Of a stretch of 64,000 bases of DNA, positions 59,105 to 64,000 are shown piece after piece. The notes under the pieces were generated by a model, which saw only the letters and a list, made by a program, of their open reading frames with translations, was not told the DNA's origin and searched no databases. The stretch's first letter is position 1, and every line of letters starts with the position of its first letter. Source of the stretch: Nitrososphaerota archaeon (GTDB taxonomy: Archaea > Thermoproteota > Nitrososphaeria > Nitrososphaerales > Nitrosopumilaceae). The stretch covers positions 1,172,149 through 1,236,148 of the forward strand of contig JAGWFT010000001.1 of the NCBI GenBank assembly GCA_028867755.1, read 5' to 3'. The translations under genes were made by a program, and so were the position numbers.

Positions 59105-60205
59105 ATGCAATCCCTTTCTTCTCGCGAGAAACAAGACTTGCAACAACAAGAGACAGTTCTTGTCTTGCAAGGAGGTGGTTCTCTTGGAGCTTATGAATGC
59201 GGTGTTTACAAGGCCTTGCATAGACATGGCATAAAGTTTGACATTGTAGCAGGAACATCAATTGGGGCAGTAAATGCAGCAATCATTACTGGCAGTAGAA
59301 GTGATGAGCCGGCAAAGGCGCTAGAAGATTTTTGGCTGGATTTGTCAGAAGGTGTAACCCCCAGCAGCTTACCTGATGGGATACGACCATACTTTGCTGC
59401 AACGTATTCTGCAATTTTTGGAAACGCCAAAATGTTCTTTCCAAAATGGTTTGCACCAAGCCCAGATTACTTTATGCCATATTTTTGGCAGTATCTTTAC
59501 GACATAACTCCTCTTAAAAATACACTAAACCAATATGTTGATTTTCAAAAAATTCGAAACTCTAATGGACCAAGGCTTATAATAACATCTACCGATGTTC
59601 AAAATGCAAAGCCTTCTGTTTTTGATAGCAAATATGATAACATTGAAGCAGACCACATCTTGGCTAGTGCAGGATATCCATTCTACGGAATATCTTGGAC
59701 CCAAAAGAGCGGAAAATATCTCTGGGACGGTACTCTTCTGAGCAACACACCTCTTCGTGAAGTAATTAACGCTTCACCAAAACACGACAAGAAAGTCTAC
59801 GTCGTGGATCTCTTTCCAAAAAATCACCCAGAACTTCCAAGTAACATGTTTGAGGTCTGGCACAGGGCAAGGGATATCATGTATACTGACAAGACAGAGC
59901 ATAACGTACACATGTCAAAGATAATCACGCGTTACTTGAAGTTAATACGAGAGATGCATGATATACTTGGCTCTTCCACACTTGATGAAAAGGCCAAGGC
60001 CAAATTTGCACTGTTGGAAACAGAATATCATAAACTTGCCTCAGATCGTGGAGGCATCATAGATAAAATAATAAGAATACAGCGAGAGGAGCATTTTCAT
60101 TTTCTCTTAGAGGATGCAGACTTTTCTCTTGCCACAATAAGAGAATTGATAGAAAGAGGCGAAAGAGATACCAAGCAGGCATTAGCTACAAGCAGTGCAG
60201 AGTAG
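59105..60205 (+). CDS. Patatin-like phospholipase/esterase, candidate PHA depolymerase
   Basis: GGGSLG oxyanion loop, GTSIG nucleophile, DGT catalytic Asp. Confidence 0.9.
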   Translation: MQSLSSREKQDLQQQETVLVLQGGGSLGAYECGVYKALHRHGIKFDIVAGTSIGAVNAAIITGSRSDEPAKALEDFWLDLSEGVTPSSLPDGIRPYFAATYSAIFGNAKMFFPKWFAPSPDYFMPYFWQYLYDITPLKNTLNQYVDFQKIRNSNGPRLIITSTDVQNAKPSVFDSKYDNIEADHILASAGYPFYGISWTQKSGKYLWDGTLLSNTPLREVINASPKHDKKVYVVDLFPKNHPELPSNMFEVWHRARDIMYTDKTEHNVHMSKIITRYLKLIREMHDILGSSTLDEKAKAKFALLETEYHKLASDRGGIIDKIIRIQREEHFHFLLEDADFSLATIRELIERGERDTKQALATSSAE

Positions 60206-60305
60206 ATCTAGTACATAGACAAAAAATTGACTAAAGACAATTTACACAGTGTCAAATGATTATAACGAAAAAGACTTATCATACATGTTTTTACTGTACA
60301 CATAG

Positions 60306-61103
60306 TTGCAAACCAAGTTTGCAGATGTCTGGGGGCACAAAGTAAGGTACTTTGAGGATGGTAGGTCAGATAAAACGATCATTTTACTACATGGATTAGG
60401 CGGCTCGGCAGAGAGATGGTTAAAGGTCATACCCATCCTAAGTCCAAGATACAGGGTTATCGCTCCAGATATGATCGGGTTTGGACATAGCGACAAACCA
60501 TCGGAGGACTATACAATAGAGTTTTTTGGCAAGTTCTTGACTGCTTTTATCAATACACTGGGATTGAAAACAGTGATTCTTGTAGGCACTTCACTTGGAG
60601 GACAAATTGCAGCCAAGTGTGCAAGCAGTAATGATATGATAGAGAAACTTGTGCTTGTTGCCCCCTCTGGAGCTATGAAGCAATCAACTGCAGCAGTTGA
60701 TGCCTACATGATGGCAGCACTGTATCCTAATCATGCAAGTGCCAAGACTGCATTTGAAATGATGTCCAATTCAGGCACCGTAGATGAATTTACTGTATTT
60801 GATTTTGTAAAAAGAATGTCTGCTCCAAATGCAAAACTTGCATTCATCTCTTCAGTACTTGGAATTAAGAACTCAAAGATAGAAGATAGTTTAGAGAAAA
60901 TTATGGTCCCCACCTTATTGGTGTGGGGAAAAGAAGACAGAGTGATACCTATTGAGCATGCCAATCAATTTGTTACCTCGATTAAGAATTGTCAGTTTCT
61001 AGAGTTAAATGACTGCGGCCACTTGCCACATGTAGAAAAACCAGAGCTTTTTTCAGATTCAGTCTTGGAATTTTTAAGCTCAAAGATCATACTGGCCAAA
61101 TAA
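60306..61103 (+). CDS. Alpha/beta-fold hydrolase
   Basis: LHGLGG, PDMIGFGHS, GTSLGG, D(RVIP), GHLPH catalytic triad motifs. Confidence 0.92.
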   Translation: MQTKFADVWGHKVRYFEDGRSDKTIILLHGLGGSAERWLKVIPILSPRYRVIAPDMIGFGHSDKPSEDYTIEFFGKFLTAFINTLGLKTVILVGTSLGGQIAAKCASSNDMIEKLVLVAPSGAMKQSTAAVDAYMMAALYPNHASAKTAFEMMSNSGTVDEFTVFDFVKRMSAPNAKLAFISSVLGIKNSKIEDSLEKIMVPTLLVWGKEDRVIPIEHANQFVTSIKNCQFLELNDCGHLPHVEKPELFSDSVLEFLSSKIILAK

Positions 61104-61114
61104 CAATAGTTAAA

Positions 61115-61169
61115 TACCACTATATGGTAATGATTACCAATGAGTGGTAATGACAACCAATACGAACCA
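61115..61169. promoter_or_regulatory. 10-bp-phased array of TGGT(A/T) boxes, candidate AbrB-type operator
   Basis: TACCA 61115, TGGTA 61125, TACCA 61135, TGGTA 61145, AACCA 61155, AACCA 61165, starting at the TATA box TTAAATA (61110-16). Confidence 0.55.
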
Positions 61170-61559
61170 ACCGAAATGTTCCGCGAATGGATACAGAGAA
61201 GCGGAAAAGCACAGATGGATTTCATGAGGACGTTTGGTGATATAATGAACAGAAACAACCAACTCAACCCCCTGGATACATTAAAGGAGATGACAGACAA
61301 GACAGTCAAAGCCCAATCTGATTTTGTACAAAATCTCACAGATATGCAATCCAAAAACATGAACAACTTGTTTAACCCTTCACAATTCTTACCTTCACTC
61401 CTATCATGGGGGACCTTTAAAACATCAGTCGGAAGTAATGGTCGCATTTCGATACCGGAAGCTGAACGAGACGCTCTTGGAATCAAGGAAGATGACCTTG
61501 TCCAAGTAATCGTCATGCCGGTCGAAAGGAGAAAACAAAAAGAGGAGGTGGAAAAGTGA
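61140..61559 (+). CDS. AbrB/SpoVT-domain regulator with helical N-terminus (PhaR-like)
   Basis: C-terminal GRISIPEAERDALGIKEDDLV AbrB motif; stop overlaps the phasin-like gene start. Confidence 0.85.
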   Translation: MSGNDNQYEPTEMFREWIQRSGKAQMDFMRTFGDIMNRNNQLNPLDTLKEMTDKTVKAQSDFVQNLTDMQSKNMNNLFNPSQFLPSLLSWGTFKTSVGSNGRISIPEAERDALGIKEDDLVQVIVMPVERRKQKEEVEK

Positions 61560-61972
61560 GTAAAACAACAGAGACAAAAGATATCTTTGCAGTACACAAG
61601 CAAAATGTTAACCGATGCTTTGATGAAGCAGAAAAAAACGTTGCACAGTATTTGCAAGCAGTTACTAACCTACAGCAAGAATATGCAACTGCATGCAAAC
61701 ATACAATTGAGAACGCAATTTCAATGCAGCAAGAATATGCTTCAAGAACAGGCCTATCTACAAACGTACCATCAACATACTTCAAGATAGTTAATGATGC
61801 AACAGAAGAGATAGTAAAAACTAGTTCTGTTCAAAACAAAGCCGTGCTTGCAGCAATCGATGCAGTCAGACAAAACGTAAAGACATTCAATGATAACACA
61901 AAAGCGTTTTCAGATATGAATGCAAACATACTGCAATCTTGGTTCTCAGCATGGACACCAGTAAGAAATTAG
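61556..61972 (+). CDS. Phasin-like (PhaP) amphipathic helical protein
   Basis: 138 aa, Ala/Gln/Asn/Thr-rich, predicted all-helical; lies between the AbrB gene and phaC. Confidence 0.6.
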   Translation: MSKTTETKDIFAVHKQNVNRCFDEAEKNVAQYLQAVTNLQQEYATACKHTIENAISMQQEYASRTGLSTNVPSTYFKIVNDATEEIVKTSSVQNKAVLAAIDAVRQNVKTFNDNTKAFSDMNANILQSWFSAWTPVRN

Positions 61973-62000
61973 ATAATAATATCTAAAATTCTTTCTTCTT

Positions 62001-63071
62001 TTATTTTTCAGATCTTTCTTTTAGCCATTGACCAAGTTCTGGCAATACTCTTTTTTGAGAAAATGAGCTGGCTATCATCCCTACATGTCCAGTTGCATAC
62101 ATCCTCAGCGTCTTGTCTTCGCTAGATACAGCATAGTGTATTGGCATGCTACATTCTGGCGATACGAGATGATCTCCTACTGCAACTTGAGTAAAGACAG
62201 GCATCGATATATTTTTGAGATTTATCTGTTTTCCTGCCACATGCATCTGGTTTCTTATCAACAAATTGTCCTGGTAAACATTTTTTATCCATTCTCTGAA
62301 AAGCTCACCTGGGATAGAAGGTGTATCGCTTAGCCACTTTTCCACACGGATAAAGTTTTCAACGTATTCTTTATTGTGTATGTTTTTGAAGAATTGAACA
62401 TATTTTTCAAGGCCCTGTTCGAAGGGCTTTAAGATTGAGAACATATAGTACATGAATTCTGGAGGCATGTTGCCAATTGTATCTACCATCTTGTCAACAT
62501 CCATGTGTTTTGCCAAGTTTGCTACTACTGTACTATCTCTGCTACCATCAATCACAGGAGCCGTGAGAACCAGATTTTTTATCTTCTCAGGATATAATGA
62601 TGCATAGACAGTGGACAGTGTACCTCCGGTACAATACCCCTGCAGGGAAACCTTGTCAACAGATGATTCGTTGAGAATAAAATTAACACAGTTATCCATA
62701 TAGCCATTTACATAATCATCAAACCCGAGATATTTGTCCATGGTAGTTGGAGCACCCCAATCTATCAAGTATACATCCAGGCCTTGATCCAGCATGTTTC
62801 TGACCCAGCTTTTTTGTGGATGGATATCCAGTATGTGATATCTGTTTATTAGAGCATATGCTATCAACAGCGGAGTTTTCACCTGTTTTTGCTGTGAAGA
62901 ATTAAAATGCAGTAGTCTCATCTTACCTTCAGAATATACAACGTCATACGGAGTCATCTCCATGCTGATTTCATCAGGAGCTGCAACCAACTTTGGTGCG
63001 TCAAGAATGTTTTTATTCATCTGCAGAAATTCTGCCAATATTCTTGGGTCTATCCTAAGTTCACTTGCCAT
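62001..63071 (-). CDS. phaC: Class III PHA synthase subunit PhaC (probable start 63071)
   Basis: PLLIAYALIN, lipase box GYCTGG with catalytic Cys, DHLVSP, GHVG; start overlaps the phaE stop. Confidence 0.95.
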   Translation of the reverse strand: MASELRIDPRILAEFLQMNKNILDAPKLVAAPDEISMEMTPYDVVYSEGKMRLLHFNSSQQKQVKTPLLIAYALINRYHILDIHPQKSWVRNMLDQGLDVYLIDWGAPTTMDKYLGFDDYVNGYMDNCVNFILNESSVDKVSLQGYCTGGTLSTVYASLYPEKIKNLVLTAPVIDGSRDSTVVANLAKHMDVDKMVDTIGNMPPEFMYYMFSILKPFEQGLEKYVQFFKNIHNKEYVENFIRVEKWLSDTPSIPGELFREWIKNVYQDNLLIRNQMHVAGKQINLKNISMPVFTQVAVGDHLVSPECSMPIHYAVSSEDKTLRMYATGHVGMIASSFSQKRVLPELGQWLKERSEK

Positions 63072-63639
63072 TTCCGTTTTCTCCTGAATTTGATATTTTT
63101 TCAAGTTTGCCAACTCTTTTTCGCAATAGATGTAATTCTTTGTACAATTCGTCAATCTCCTTCTTTGTAGGCATGTTAACGGTTTCTAGCATAACAGAGA
63201 TAACATTGTTCCAGTGTGTTGCAAGATCAAGCTCACTTGATACCAGTTTTCCAAAGTTTTCTGCAAATTCAGGAGAATCAAATAATCGGGTAAAATAATT
63301 TTCAAATATATCTATCCAGATTCGCTTTGTAGAATCTAGATGTTCTGTATCAGTTGGAATCTCTGGTACTTTTTTGCTAAACTGTTTTTGTGCTTCATTC
63401 CATGTGTCTGTAAGTTGTCTATAGTACTCTGAGAGTCGTTGGTTAAACTTACCCATCTCTTGATTGATTTCTATCATTTCAGCACTAACCTTCTTAGCGT
63501 TAACGCCAAATTTTCGAAATGGTCCTGTAGACATGAGCGATTGCGGTCTGCTTGACATCAGAGATAGCAAATCTGTCCAAAATAAAGAGACGTGTTTGTA
63601 ATATTCTAATGATTTTTGATACTCTTCTGTAGAACTCAT
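63061..63639 (-). CDS. phaE: Class III PHA synthase subunit PhaE
   Basis: IWIDIFENYF...SPEF, MPTKKEIDELYKELHLLRKRV C-terminal motif; upstream of phaC. Confidence 0.9.
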   Translation of the reverse strand: MSSTEEYQKSLEYYKHVSLFWTDLLSLMSSRPQSLMSTGPFRKFGVNAKKVSAEMIEINQEMGKFNQRLSEYYRQLTDTWNEAQKQFSKKVPEIPTDTEHLDSTKRIWIDIFENYFTRLFDSPEFAENFGKLVSSELDLATHWNNVISVMLETVNMPTKKEIDELYKELHLLRKRVGKLEKISNSGENGNGK

Positions 63640-63659
63640 ATCCTAAGTATATTAGGATA
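63639..63659. promoter_or_regulatory. Perfect palindrome abutting the phaE start codon
   Basis: TATCCTAA-gtata-TTAGGATA (8-bp arms). Confidence 0.5.
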
Positions 63660-64000
63660 GAATTAACGACTTATAGAGATTGCGACAATACATGAGACAA
63701 AGATCAACGTCTCATCGACATCAAATAATTATGAACACATGTCAAGCAATGACTATTCAAATATGCTATAAAACTTGTTCAATTCTACTTTTCAAGAAAT
63801 TCTAAACTATCAAGTTTTCTACCCTCAAGAATATACATCGTGCTACACAGCAGTCCAATAAAATATCAGAACTGGTAAAATATCTTGACAGAAACTTATG
63901 TCATAATGTAATTCATCAACTCATGTATGCAAGAAAAATACCATACAGTAAATGGAAGTAAGATAAGATATGTCGAAGAAGGAGACTCGGAAAACACCAT

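Noticed and set aside
62001-63155. 384-aa PhaC as called by the ORF track
   Set aside because: The extension overlaps phaE by 95 nt; the ATG at 63071 overlapping the phaE stop is the more plausible start.
63970-64000. Start of a plus-strand ORF (MSKKETRKTP...)
   Set aside because: Only 10 codons are visible; it cannot be assigned.
1-64000. tRNA, rRNA, CRISPR array, transposase or integrase
   Set aside because: No intergenic T-loop/cloverleaf, rRNA signature, regularly spaced direct repeats or recombinase motifs were found by eye.

Overview
Archaeal chromosomal window. Gene content (EF-2, TBP, proteasome subunits, PurP, PEFG-CTERM surface proteins, CopC/CopD-propeller fusion, futalosine genes, methylmalonyl-CoA epimerase) points to an ammonia-oxidising Nitrososphaerota (Thaumarchaeota) genome, possibly Nitrosotalea-like; this placement is inference. 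Housekeeping genes (rad50 3' end, tatCA, purP, EF-2, mqnD/mqnE, mce, tbp, msrA) alternate with accessory stretches rich in small membrane and zinc-finger proteins. No tRNA, rRNA, CRISPR array or transposase was found. The most notable signals are: (1) a candidate polyhydroxyalkanoate (PHA) granule locus (patatin, alpha/beta hydrolase, AbrB-type PhaR-like, phasin-like, phaC, phaE) with a 10-bp-phased TGGT(A/T) box array over the regulator promoter; (2) a half-size protein resembling deoxyhypusine hydroxylase; (3) a coupled, divergent beta-alpha proteasome operon with a propeptide-less beta and a remodelled alpha gate; (4) two structured intergenic ncRNA candidates; (5) several microproteins missed by the ORF track. 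All family assignments come from motif recognition by eye; no database searches were run.
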